DNA from: Thalassobaculaceae bacterium
GTDB lineage: Bacteria; Pseudomonadota; Alphaproteobacteria; Thalassobaculales; Thalassobaculaceae
Length of the DNA: 64,000 bases
Reading direction: 5' to 3'
Assembly (NCBI GenBank): GCA_965228875.1
Contig: OZ245843.1
Span: 1,966,616 to 2,030,615, forward strand
Within the stretch, counting starts at the first letter, position 1; every line of letters starts with the position of its first letter. The notes under the pieces were generated by a model that was not told the origin of the DNA, searched no databases, and worked only from the letters and a program-made list of their open reading frames with translations. The position numbers were made by a program, and so were the translations under genes. Of the stretch, positions 30,278 through 39,587 are shown one piece after another.

Positions 30278-32608
30278 ATGGCGAAGTTTGGAATCGGACA
30301 GGGAATGAAGCGCTCCGAAGACCAGCGGTTCCTCACCGGCACCGGACAGTACACCGACGACCTTGTCTTCGACGGCGCCCTGCAGGCCTACATCCTGCGC
30401 AGCCCGATCGCCCATGGCGACATCACCGCGCTCGACGTCGGCGCCGCCCGGACCGCCGCCGGCGTGCACGCGGTCTACACTGCCGCCGACATCGCCGCCG
30501 ACGGTCTCAATCCGTTGCCCTGCGAGGCGCTGCTGAAAGGCCGCGACGGCAAGCGCGCCGTCGGCCCCGACTATCCGTTGCTGGTAAGGGACCGGGTGCG
30601 CCATGTCGGCGATGCGGTGGCGATGATCGTCGCCGAGAGCCTGGATCAGGCGCGTGACGCGGCCGAACTGATCGCGGTCGACTACAGAGAACTGCCGGCC
30701 GTGCCCGGGCTCGCCGCCGTCGAGACGGGCGCCACGGTCTGGGAGCAGGCACCGGGCAACCTCTGCCTCGACTGGGAGACCGGCGACGCCGCGGCGGTCG
30801 AGGCGGGTTTCGCCAGGGCGGCAAAGGTGGCCGAACTGACCCTGGTCAACAACCGCATCGTCGTGAACTCGCTCGAGCCGCGCGGCGCGGTCGGCGTGGT
30901 CGACGAGGCGACCGGCGCGCGCACGCTCTACGTCTCGACTCAGGGCCCGCACGGTGTGCGCGACGTCATCGCCAAGGTCCTCAACATCGATGCGGGCGGT
31001 TTCCGCTGCGTCTCGCCGGATGTCGGCGGCGGCTTCGGCATGAAGATCTTCCCCTACCGCGAGCACGCGCTGGTGCTGTGGGCTGCGGGCAAACTCGGCC
31101 GGCCGGTCAAGTGGATCGCGGAACGCGGCGAATCCTTCATCTCCGACACCCAGGGTCGCGACCACATCTCCCATGCCCGGCTGGCGATGGACGCCGAGGG
31201 ACGGTTCCTGGCGTTGTCCGTCGATACGAAAGCCGATCTCGGCGCCTACCTGTCGCTCTACGGGCCGGCCATCCCGACCGTGGCCGGCTCCGGCATGCTC
31301 GCCGGACTCTACGCGACGCCGGCGATCCACGTCCGGGTGCGGAGCTATTTCACCAATACCCTGCCGGTCGACGCCTATCGCGGCGCCGGGAGGCCGGAGG
31401 CGGCCTACCTGGTCGAACGCCTGGTCGACGTCGCGGCCCGGGTCGCCGGCCTGCCGCGCGACGAGATCCGCCGGCGGAACTTCATTCCCGCCGCGTCCAT
31501 GCCCTTCACCACGGCACTCGGCGAGACCTACGACAGCGGCGACTTCACCGCCCACCTGGACAAGGCCCTGGCTGCGGCCGACTGGGCGGGGATAGAGGCG
31601 CGCCGGGCCGAGAGCGCCAGGGCCGGTCGGCTGCGCGGCATCGGCATCTCCACCTATGTGGAGGCCTGCGGCGGCGGTGGGCCCGAATGGTCCGATATCC
31701 GGATCGAGCCGGACGGCACCATCGTCGTGCCGATCGGCACCCGCTCCACCGGCCAGGGCCACGAGACCGCCTATTCCCAGTTGGTCAGCGAGGCGTTCGG
31801 TGTCGACAACGAGCAGGTGAAGGTGATCCAGGGCGACACCGCGGCGATCGAGAAAGGCTCGGGCACCGATGGCTCGCGCTCCCTGCCGGCCGGCGGATCG
31901 GCACTGCACATGGCGATCCAGACGGTTTCGGCCAAGGCGAGGATGCTGGCCGGCTACCTGCTGGAGGCGGCCGACGCCGACCTGGAGCTGGCCGACGGCC
32001 GCTTCACCGTGGTCGGCACGGACAGGTCGATCACGCTGGCCGACCTCGCCAAGGCGGCCAACGATCCTGATCGGCTTCCGGAAGGCATCGATCCGGGGCT
32101 GGAGGCCAAGGAGATGTATACGCCGGCCGCCTCGACCTACCCCAACGGCACCCATGTCTGCGAAGTCGAGATCGATCCGGATACCGGCGTGGTCGACCTT
32201 GTCCAGTTCACCGTGGTCGACGATTTCGGCGAGGTGGTGAACCCGGTGCTTCTGGAGGGCCAGGTGCATGGCGGCGTCGCCCAGGGCGTCGGACAGGCTC
32301 TGTACGAGCACACGGTCTACGACGAGAGCGCGCAGCTTGTGACCGGCTCGCTGATGGACTATTGCCTCCCCCGGGCCGACACGGTTCCGCCGGTGCGTTT
32401 CTCCATGAGTCCGACGCGCTGCGCCACCAACCCGCTCGGGGTGAAGGGCTGCGGCGAGGCCGGCGCCATCGGCGCGCCGCCGGCGGTGATCAACGCGGTC
32501 CTCGATGCCCTGGCTCCGGTCGGGGTGACCGATATCGACATGCCGGCGACCCCCGACCGCATCTGGGCGGCGATCCAGGCGGCCCGACCGGCAGCAGCAG
32601 CGGAGTAG
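30278..32608 (+). CDS. Xanthine dehydrogenase/CoxL-like (form II-type) molybdopterin large subunit, intact
   Basis: VGGGFGMK, AYRGAGRPE, GQGHET and KGCGEAG motifs. Confidence 0.92.
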   Translation: MAKFGIGQGMKRSEDQRFLTGTGQYTDDLVFDGALQAYILRSPIAHGDITALDVGAARTAAGVHAVYTAADIAADGLNPLPCEALLKGRDGKRAVGPDYPLLVRDRVRHVGDAVAMIVAESLDQARDAAELIAVDYRELPAVPGLAAVETGATVWEQAPGNLCLDWETGDAAAVEAGFARAAKVAELTLVNNRIVVNSLEPRGAVGVVDEATGARTLYVSTQGPHGVRDVIAKVLNIDAGGFRCVSPDVGGGFGMKIFPYREHALVLWAAGKLGRPVKWIAERGESFISDTQGRDHISHARLAMDAEGRFLALSVDTKADLGAYLSLYGPAIPTVAGSGMLAGLYATPAIHVRVRSYFTNTLPVDAYRGAGRPEAAYLVERLVDVAARVAGLPRDEIRRRNFIPAASMPFTTALGETYDSGDFTAHLDKALAAADWAGIEARRAESARAGRLRGIGISTYVEACGGGGPEWSDIRIEPDGTIVVPIGTRSTGQGHETAYSQLVSEAFGVDNEQVKVIQGDTAAIEKGSGTDGSRSLPAGGSALHMAIQTVSAKARMLAGYLLEAADADLELADGRFTVVGTDRSITLADLAKAANDPDRLPEGIDPGLEAKEMYTPAASTYPNGTHVCEVEIDPDTGVVDLVQFTVVDDFGEVVNPVLLEGQVHGGVAQGVGQALYEHTVYDESAQLVTGSLMDYCLPRADTVPPVRFSMSPTRCATNPLGVKGCGEAGAIGAPPAVINAVLDALAPVGVTDIDMPATPDRIWAAIQAARPAAAAE

Positions 32609-32613
32609 ACCTG

Positions 32614-33414
32614 ATGCCAGAACGCAGCGCGATCGACCCGGCCGACCGGGGCGCTCTGCTCGACGCCGTCGCCGCCCTGACGCGCGAAGCGGGGGAAATC
32701 ATCCTCCCCTACTACCGCGCCGAGATCGACGTGATCGACAAGATGGACGGCAGCCCGGTGACCGCCGCCGACCGCGCCGCCGACGCCCATATCGTTCCCG
32801 CGCTGAAGCATCTGACGCCCGGCATCCCCGTGGTCGCCGAGGAGAGCGTGGAGGCAGGCGACATCCCCGATGTCTCAGGCGGGCGGTTCTGGCTCGTCGA
32901 CCCTCTCGACGGCACCAAGGAATTCATCAACAAACGCAACGATTTCACCGTCAACATCGGCCTGATCTGGGACGGCGAACCGGTGCTCGGTGCGGTGCAT
33001 ACCCCGGTCGACGGCATGGTCTGGGCCGGCGCGGTCGGTCACGGCGCCTGGGAGGAGACGGCCGAAGGCACCCGCACGCCGATCGCGGTGCGCGCGCCTG
33101 GCACCGACGGGCTGGTCATCGTCGCCAGCCGCAGCCACCGCAATCCCGAGCTCGAAGCCTATATCGACACCCTGCATGTCAAGGAGAGCGTCTCGCGCGG
33201 GTCCGCACTGAAGTTCTGCATCGTCGCTCGCGGCGAGGCGGACCTGTATCCGCGCACCGGTCCGACCATGGAATGGGACACCGCCGCCGGTCACGCGGTC
33301 CTGCTGGCCGCCGGCGGATCGATGACCAAGTTCGACGGCACGCCGTTCGACTATTCCAAGGCGGAGTTCCGCAACGGGCATTTCATCGCGCGCGGTCTGC
33401 CCGGAGGCGGGTGA
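32614..33414 (+). CDS. cysQ: 3'(2'),5'-bisphosphate nucleotidase CysQ
   Basis: SPVTAAD, DPLDGTKEF, SRSH, GSALKFC and EWDTAAG motifs. Confidence 0.95.
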   Translation: MPERSAIDPADRGALLDAVAALTREAGEIILPYYRAEIDVIDKMDGSPVTAADRAADAHIVPALKHLTPGIPVVAEESVEAGDIPDVSGGRFWLVDPLDGTKEFINKRNDFTVNIGLIWDGEPVLGAVHTPVDGMVWAGAVGHGAWEETAEGTRTPIAVRAPGTDGLVIVASRSHRNPELEAYIDTLHVKESVSRGSALKFCIVARGEADLYPRTGPTMEWDTAAGHAVLLAAGGSMTKFDGTPFDYSKAEFRNGHFIARGLPGGG

Positions 33415-33417
33415 GCG

Positions 33418-33804
33418 ATGCGGCCGCACGCCGTCCGCCTGTTCCTGCAGGCGTTCCTGTTGGCGGTGCCGGCGTGGCTGACGACCGCCGCACATGCCAC
33501 GGAGCCGCGTCACCCGATCTCCGAGAGCCTGACGATCGACCAGGTGCTGCCACCGAAACCGTCGGTCGGCGGCACCGCACCGCAAGCGGGCGCGCCCCCG
33601 TCGCCGAAGGAGCCGGTCGAGAGCCGGTCGCGCCAGCCGACCCAGCCGCCGCGGATCGAGGCCAACCCGAAGCCGACCCCGCCTCCGCCGATTGAACCGA
33701 TGACCACGCCGACCCCGCCATCGCGACCGAACGCTCCCATCGGCACCATCGACCCCCGCCCCGGCACCACCCGCAAGCATCCGGGAACCATCCAGGCGAA
33801 GTGA
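33418..33804 (+). CDS. Secreted proline-rich hypothetical protein
   Basis: Signal peptide ending AHA, then Pro/Thr-rich low complexity; starts 3 bp after cysQ. Confidence 0.6.
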   Translation: MRPHAVRLFLQAFLLAVPAWLTTAAHATEPRHPISESLTIDQVLPPKPSVGGTAPQAGAPPSPKEPVESRSRQPTQPPRIEANPKPTPPPPIEPMTTPTPPSRPNAPIGTIDPRPGTTRKHPGTIQAK

Positions 33805-33910
33805 GGGTGACGACAGCAGCCGCCGATCTCCCCTGTCCTGCTCCCGGCCATGAGACGGAGCCCAGATCGCCGGCTGCTACGGCACTGGCCGATAGCATGA
33901 CGGTTTCCGG

Positions 33911-34025
33911 CTAGGTGCGATCGCTTCAGATCGAAACGATCTGAAGCGTGAATCGCCACCTAAATCATTATAAACAGAGCAAATTCACACGATCAGATGT
34001 TTCCCTCTGATCGTGATTTGCTCTA
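33911..34025 (+). repeat. Palindromic interspersed repeat, copy 2 (best conserved)
   Basis: CTAGGTGCGAT...TGAATCGCCACCTAAATCATTATAAACAGAGCAAATTCACACGATCAGATGTTTCCCTCTGATCGTGATTTGCTCTA. Confidence 0.9.
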
Positions 34026-34089
34026 TCGGCACCCTGGGTCCCGTGTCAGGCCCGGGAAGTCGACAAAGAGTACCTCAGTTCTTCTCCTC

Positions 34090-35154
34090 TCATGCCTCCA
34101 TCGCCACCTGGCGGATGGCGGCGATGGCGGTCTCGATGTCGCGGTCGTCGATGTCGAGATAGGTCACCGCCCGCAACACGGTCGGCTGCACCGCGCTGAT
34201 CTTCACCTCGTGCTCGGCCATCAGGCGGCGCGAGAATTCCGGCGCGTCGATCCCGGTGCCGGCGACGTCGAAGAAGACCATGTTGGTCTCGACCGAGTCC
34301 GGATCGACCGAGATCCCGTCGGCATCCTCGATCCCCTCGGCGATGCGCCGGGCGCGGGCATGGTCCTCGGCCAGCCGGTCGACATGGTGGTCGAGAGCAT
34401 GGATACCGGCCGCCGCGACGATGCCCGACTGGCGCAGGGCGCCGCCGAACTGGTGCTTGAAGCGCCAGCACTCCTCGATGAAGTCCTTCTCGCCGGCCAG
34501 CACCGCGCCGATCGGGCAACCGAGCCCCTTGGACAGGTCGATCCACACGCTGTCGCAGTCGGCGGCGAAATCGGCGAAGGAGATGCCCGCGGCCACGACC
34601 GCGTTGGGCAGCCGCGCACCGTCCATATGCACCCGCATCCCACGCGCGTGCGCGGTCGCCGCGACCTCCGTGAGGGTCTCCAGCGGCCAGATCGTGCCGC
34701 CCGCCATGTTCGCCGTGTTCTCCACCGAGACCAGCTTCTGACGCGGCATGTGGCGCGACTTCGGGCGGATCACCGCCTCGACCTGGGCGCCGGTGAACCA
34801 GCCCTTGGTGCCCTGGATCGTGCGGGTCATCACGCCGGCGAGCGCGCCGGGGCCGCCGACCTCGTAGTGCAGGGCGTGGCTATGCTCCTCCAGGATGATC
34901 TCGTCGCCGTGGTCGCACCACACGCGGTAGGCGATCTCGTTGCACATGGTGCCGCTGGGCAGGAAGACGGCCGCCTCCTTGCCCAGAAGTTCCGCCACCT
35001 TGTCCTGCAGGCGGATCGCCGTCGGGTCCTCGCCGGCCTGCTCGTCGCCCACCTCGGCCTCGGCGATCGCCTTGCGCATCGCGGGCGTCGGCCGGGTGGC
35101 GGTATCGCTGTGCAGGTTGACGCGCGGCTGGGCTGTGGGATGCGACGAGACCAT
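34090..35154 (-). CDS. ltaE: Low-specificity L-threonine aldolase
   Basis: SDTATRP, PSGTMCN, ENTAN, HMDGARL and SKGLGCPIG (PLP Lys) motifs. Confidence 0.9.
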   Translation of the reverse strand: MVSSHPTAQPRVNLHSDTATRPTPAMRKAIAEAEVGDEQAGEDPTAIRLQDKVAELLGKEAAVFLPSGTMCNEIAYRVWCDHGDEIILEEHSHALHYEVGGPGALAGVMTRTIQGTKGWFTGAQVEAVIRPKSRHMPRQKLVSVENTANMAGGTIWPLETLTEVAATAHARGMRVHMDGARLPNAVVAAGISFADFAADCDSVWIDLSKGLGCPIGAVLAGEKDFIEECWRFKHQFGGALRQSGIVAAAGIHALDHHVDRLAEDHARARRIAEGIEDADGISVDPDSVETNMVFFDVAGTGIDAPEFSRRLMAEHEVKISAVQPTVLRAVTYLDIDDRDIETAIAAIRQVAMEA

Positions 35155-35242
35155 GGGATGGCTCCGAAGTTGATGGTGACGGTTGCGGAACGCGAGGCGC
35201 GTCCACACCTTAGTGCGGCGATCGATCGAGGAGAAAGACCGG

Positions 35243-35629
35243 ATGTCCGACAGCCGCGCGATGACGCGCCGCCCCCTTCCCTTCAAGCTCTCGGCGCCGG
35301 AGAACGACCGGCTGGCGGTGCATGTCGTCTATGCGCTCTACGCGGCCAGCCTGATCTTTCAGATTCCCTCGATGTTCGGGGTCATCCTGGCCTATCTGAA
35401 GCGCGACGACGTGCGCGACACCTACCTGGAGACCCATGTCCGCTGGCAGATCCGAACCTTCTGGATCTGGCTGCTGATGACGGTCGTCGGCAGTCTGACC
35501 TGGTGGGTTCTCGGACTGGGCTTCCTGGTGCTCGGCTTCGCCTATCTCTGGCTCATCTACCGCATCGTGAAGGGCTGGCTGAAACTCTCGAACGGGGAAC
35601 CGATCCTGCGCCCGGGGGACTTCTTCTAG
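35243..35629 (+). CDS. DUF4870-like membrane protein
   Basis: VYALY, AYLKR, H.RWQIRTFW and YRIVKGW motifs. Confidence 0.8.
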   Translation: MSDSRAMTRRPLPFKLSAPENDRLAVHVVYALYAASLIFQIPSMFGVILAYLKRDDVRDTYLETHVRWQIRTFWIWLLMTVVGSLTWWVLGLGFLVLGFAYLWLIYRIVKGWLKLSNGEPILRPGDFF

Positions 35630-35675
35630 AGCGCGAATCACACGGCCGGATGTTTCCATCTGGCCGTGATTTTCT
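35627..35675 (+). repeat. Palindromic interspersed repeat, copy 3 (module B only)
   Basis: TAGAGCGCGAATCACACGGCCGGATGTTTCCATCTGGCCGTGATTTTCT, starting at the stop codon. Confidence 0.8.
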
Positions 35676-35699
35676 GACCTTGGTTTTCTCCAGCGGGCT

Positions 35700-37304
35700 C
35701 TACACGTTGCTGTCCGGGAAGCTGTCCTTCTTGCGGGCCATGTAGTCGATCAGCGCCTCGTCCACCGCCGGGTCGAGTGCCGGCGGCTCGTACTCGGCCA
35801 GGGTCTTGGCGACGAGGCCGGCGGCGCGTCGATAGGCGTCGTTCCCGCCCTCCGAGCTCCACTGCTCATAGGTCGCGTTGTCGGCGATGGAGGAGCGGTA
35901 GAACGCCTTCTCGAAATTCGCCTGGGTGTGGCCGCAGCCGAGAAAATGGGCGCCGGGGCCGACATCGCGGATGGCGTCCATCGCCTGCCCGTTCTCGCTG
36001 AGGTCCACGCCTTCCAGCATGGTGCGCATCATGGCGCACTGGTCAGCGTCCATCATGAACTTCTCGTAGGAACTGACCAGCCCACCTTCGAGCCATCCGG
36101 CCGCGTGCAGGACGAAATTCACCCCGCCGAGCACCGTCGGCAGGAGGGTGTTGGCGCTTTCGTAGGCGGCCTGGGCGTCCGGAACCTTCGAGCCGCAGAG
36201 CGAGCCGCCGGAGCGGAACGGCACGTTCAGGCGGCGGGCGAGCTGGGCGCAACCATAGAGCACCAGCGCGGGTTCCGGCGTGCCGAAGGTCGGCGCGCCG
36301 GACTGCATCGAGATCGACGAGGCGAAGCTGCCGAAGATCACCGGCGCGCCGGGGCGGCAGAGCTGGGCGAAGGCCATGCCGGCCATCGCCTCGGCAAGGG
36401 TCTGGGCCAGCGTGCCCGCCACCGTCACCGGCGACATGGCCCCGGCCAGGATGAACGGCGTGGTGATCACCGCCTGGTTGCTGCGCGCGTAGTTCTTCAG
36501 CGCGCCGAGCATGGTGGCGTCCCAGGTCATCGGCGAGTTGGCGTTGATCAGGGAGACCAGCACCGTGTTGTTGTCCACGAACTCGGCGCCGAAGACGATC
36601 TTCGCCATCTCCAGCGTATCCAGCGCCCGCTCCGGATGGGTGACGGAGCCCATGAAGGGTTTGTCCGAGTACTTCAGGTGAGCGTACACCATGTCGAAAT
36701 GGCGCTTGTTCACCGGCAGGTCGACCGGCTCGCACACGGTACCGCCGGAATGGTGCAGGCCCGGATGGCTGTAGGCCAGCTTCACGAAGTTGCGGAAATC
36801 CTCGATCGTCGCGTAGCGTCGGCCGCCGTCGATGTCGCTGACGAAGGGCGGACCATAGACCGGGGCGAACACGGTGTTGCCGGCACCGATCTCGACCGAC
36901 CGCTCCGGATTGCGGGCATGCTGGGTGAAAGTCGCCGGCGCCGTTCTGATCAGCGCGCGGGCCAGGCCGCGCGGCATGCGGACCCGCTCGCCGTCGATGT
37001 CGGCGCCGGCGTCGCGCCACATGTCCAGCGCCTCCGGATCGTCGCGGAACTCAATGCCGATCTCCTCCAGGATGGTTTCGGCATTGTTCTCGATGATCTC
37101 CAGCCCCTCCTCCGACAAAACCTCGAAGGTGGAGACCCGGCGGCTGATGAAGGGGGTGTAGACGGTCGAGGGACGCCCCCGGGCAGCCCGCCGCGCGTCG
37201 CGGCCGCCGCCGCGGACCCGCCGCTCGCGCCCACCGGTTGCCCCGTCGGTGGCGCCGTCCGTGGCCAGTTCCACATCCGCTACCGCGGCCAGATCGTCGC
37301 TCAT
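35700..37304 (-). CDS. MttB-superfamily (non-pyrrolysine) trimethylamine/glycine betaine:corrinoid methyltransferase
   Basis: ARNPERS, GTVCEPVD, MSPVT, PTFGTPE, RSGGSL..SK.PDAQA and HAAGWLEGGL motifs. Confidence 0.9.
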   Translation of the reverse strand: MSDDLAAVADVELATDGATDGATGGRERRVRGGGRDARRAARGRPSTVYTPFISRRVSTFEVLSEEGLEIIENNAETILEEIGIEFRDDPEALDMWRDAGADIDGERVRMPRGLARALIRTAPATFTQHARNPERSVEIGAGNTVFAPVYGPPFVSDIDGGRRYATIEDFRNFVKLAYSHPGLHHSGGTVCEPVDLPVNKRHFDMVYAHLKYSDKPFMGSVTHPERALDTLEMAKIVFGAEFVDNNTVLVSLINANSPMTWDATMLGALKNYARSNQAVITTPFILAGAMSPVTVAGTLAQTLAEAMAGMAFAQLCRPGAPVIFGSFASSISMQSGAPTFGTPEPALVLYGCAQLARRLNVPFRSGGSLCGSKVPDAQAAYESANTLLPTVLGGVNFVLHAAGWLEGGLVSSYEKFMMDADQCAMMRTMLEGVDLSENGQAMDAIRDVGPGAHFLGCGHTQANFEKAFYRSSIADNATYEQWSSEGGNDAYRRAAGLVAKTLAEYEPPALDPAVDEALIDYMARKKDSFPDSNV

Positions 37305-37534
37305 GATCCGTCTCCAACGCCCAAGCTGTTCAAGCATGATGCGCCGTCCACCGAGGCTTTCTTCGCCGCGCGCGACAGGAATCCGTCGCCCTCGGACCAC
37401 GTGCGCCCGGCGAGCCCATCGGCACCTCCGGGCATCGTGACTTGCCGGCCGGTGGGCGCGGTGCGAGACTTTCGCCCTAACCGAGAACAATGGGCGGCCC
37501 CGCGTCCGGTCGGTCCCGCCCGAGGGAGGTTCCC

Positions 37535-38386
37535 ATGGGCTTGCATCCCCCGCTGATTCCCGCTGCGGTCGTGGCCGCGCTGCTGGCGCTCGCGTCCCCG
37601 GCCACGGCAGACAGGGCCGATACCGGCGCCCTGCCGCCGCAGGTGCTCGGGCTCGTCGCCCACGCGACGCCGATCCCGCTCAGCTGCGACGGCACGGCCT
37701 GCCAGGCTCTCGTCTCGTCCTTCTGCCTGCAGGAAGACCGGCCGCCGCCGGCCGACGGTCAGGCGTACGAGACGGCCGGTGCCGGCGACGTGACGCTCGT
37801 CGTGCGCGGGACCGATGGCCGGGAGCGCGAGTTCTCCGGCGCCGGTCTGCTGCGTTATGTCAGCGACGGCGGCTTCACCCGCACGCGCATCTCGCTGCCG
37901 GCGACCCGCCTCGCCTCACTCGACGCGACCGAGGTCGCCGTGCGGATCGCACCGATGGTGTCGCTGGTGCCGGTGACCGCGACGCCGGTGCCCGCGGCGA
38001 TCGCCGAACGCGACGCGGAGACGGCCTTCGGCCCACGGCGCTTCACCGCGGAGGGCTTCTTCAATCCCGGCACGACGCGGCCGGATGCGGCGGTGACGCT
38101 CACCCGTATGATCGACGCCCTGCCGGCGGCGGTCTCCGGCGGCGTGGACCCGAATGCCGTCGACCCGTTCAAGCGCGCCGCGCTGTGGGACCGGGTCGCC
38201 GGCTCCGGCACCCTTAAGGGCCTGTCCGCCGACGGCCTCGACCGGGCCAGGAGCGAACTCGACCGTTGCGGCCAGTTCGCCGAGATGGGCTTCAAGCTGA
38301 CCCTGCGCGGCTGCCTGGAAGGCGCCCACGACCGCACCATGCGCGAGTTGAACGAGGAATTGTGGGACGCCGAGGTCGGCTTCTGA
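37535..38386 (+). CDS. Secreted hypothetical protein with 5 Cys
   Basis: GGAGG RBS, signal peptide (…SPATA), SFCLQEDRPPP motif. Confidence 0.75.
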   Translation: MGLHPPLIPAAVVAALLALASPATADRADTGALPPQVLGLVAHATPIPLSCDGTACQALVSSFCLQEDRPPPADGQAYETAGAGDVTLVVRGTDGREREFSGAGLLRYVSDGGFTRTRISLPATRLASLDATEVAVRIAPMVSLVPVTATPVPAAIAERDAETAFGPRRFTAEGFFNPGTTRPDAAVTLTRMIDALPAAVSGGVDPNAVDPFKRAALWDRVAGSGTLKGLSADGLDRARSELDRCGQFAEMGFKLTLRGCLEGAHDRTMRELNEELWDAEVGF

Positions 38387-38483
38387 CCGGCAACATGCCG
38401 GTGGAATGAAATATTCCTGGAAGCGATTCCAGCCACCGCTACCCTGCGGGTCGACGATCTAGCGACCACCCGCAGGGGCTCCC

Positions 38484-39464
38484 ATGCGCATTCTCGTAAC
38501 CGGCAGCAGCGGCCACCTCGGCGAAGGCGTGATGCGCACGCTCGCCGCCGGACCGCACCGGAGCATGGGCCTCGACATCAAGGCGGGCGCGTATACCGAC
38601 ATCGTCGGCTCGATCGCCGATGGCGGTCTGGTCGCCGAGGCGATGACCGGCGTCGATGCGGTGATCCATACTGCCACCCTGCACAAGCCGCACGTCGCCA
38701 CCCACGGCAAACGCGACTTCGTGGACACCAACGTCACCGGCACCCTGGTCCTGCTGGAGGCCGCGCTCGCGGCCGGCGTGTCGACCTTCCTGTTCACCAG
38801 CACGACCAGCGCCTTCGGCGCCGCCCTCACCCCGGCGCCGGGCGCGCCGGCCGCCTGGATCGACGAGGGCATCGCCGGTGTGCCTAAGAACATCTACGGC
38901 GTGACCAAGACGGCGGCGGAAGACCTGTGCGAGCTGTTCCACCGACGCCACGGACTGCCCGTCCTGGTCCTGCGCACCTCCCGGTTCTTCCCGGAGGAGG
39001 ATGACGACCGCGAGCGGCGCCGCCGATACGGCGACACCAACGCCAAGGCGAACGAGTTCCTGTTCCGCCGGGTCGACCTGCAGGATGCCGTCTCGGCCCA
39101 TCTGGCAGCGCTGGAGCGCGCGGGCGAGATCGGTTTCGCGCGCTACATCGTCAGCGCGACGACCCCGTTCACCCCCGACGACCTGCCGGCGCTGCGCAGC
39201 GAACCGGTTGCCGTCGTCGCGCGTCACGTCCCGGAGTTCGCCGCCGTCTACGACCGGCTCGGCTTCCGCATGTTCGACGAGGTCGACCGGGTCTACGACA
39301 ACGCCAGGGCGCGCAGAGAGCTCGGATGGCGGCCGGAGTACGATTTCCGCCGGGTGCTGGGGCAGCTCGATGCCGGTCAGCCGATCGGCAGCGACCTCGC
39401 CCGCGCGGTCGGCAGCAAGGGATACCACGACCAGGTCTTCGCCGACGGCCCCTACCCGGTTTGA
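38484..39464 (+). CDS. NAD-dependent epimerase/dehydratase (extended SDR)
   Basis: TGSSGHLG and YGVTK motifs. Confidence 0.9.
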   Translation: MRILVTGSSGHLGEGVMRTLAAGPHRSMGLDIKAGAYTDIVGSIADGGLVAEAMTGVDAVIHTATLHKPHVATHGKRDFVDTNVTGTLVLLEAALAAGVSTFLFTSTTSAFGAALTPAPGAPAAWIDEGIAGVPKNIYGVTKTAAEDLCELFHRRHGLPVLVLRTSRFFPEEDDDRERRRRYGDTNAKANEFLFRRVDLQDAVSAHLAALERAGEIGFARYIVSATTPFTPDDLPALRSEPVAVVARHVPEFAAVYDRLGFRMFDEVDRVYDNARARRELGWRPEYDFRRVLGQLDAGQPIGSDLARAVGSKGYHDQVFADGPYPV

Positions 39465-39587
39465 ACGTCACGGTCGCCGGGCGCATCGCGACCGGAACCG
39501 GCCGCGCCAGAGCAGTTCACGGTCAGATGGCAACCTCCGATCGTGTGAATTTGCGCTGTGTTTAATGGCTTAGCGGGCGATCGCTAG
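39462..39587 (-). repeat. Palindromic interspersed repeat, copy 4 (inverted orientation, composite)
   Basis: Reverse complement reads CTAGCGATCGCCCGCTAAGCCATTAAACACAGCGCAAATTCACACGATCGGA...TCTGACCGTGAACTGCTCT followed by a module A-like segment. Confidence 0.8.

Noticed and set aside
35700..37304. Pyrrolysine recoding in the MttB homolog
   Set aside because: The ORF is uninterrupted and there are no pyl genes.
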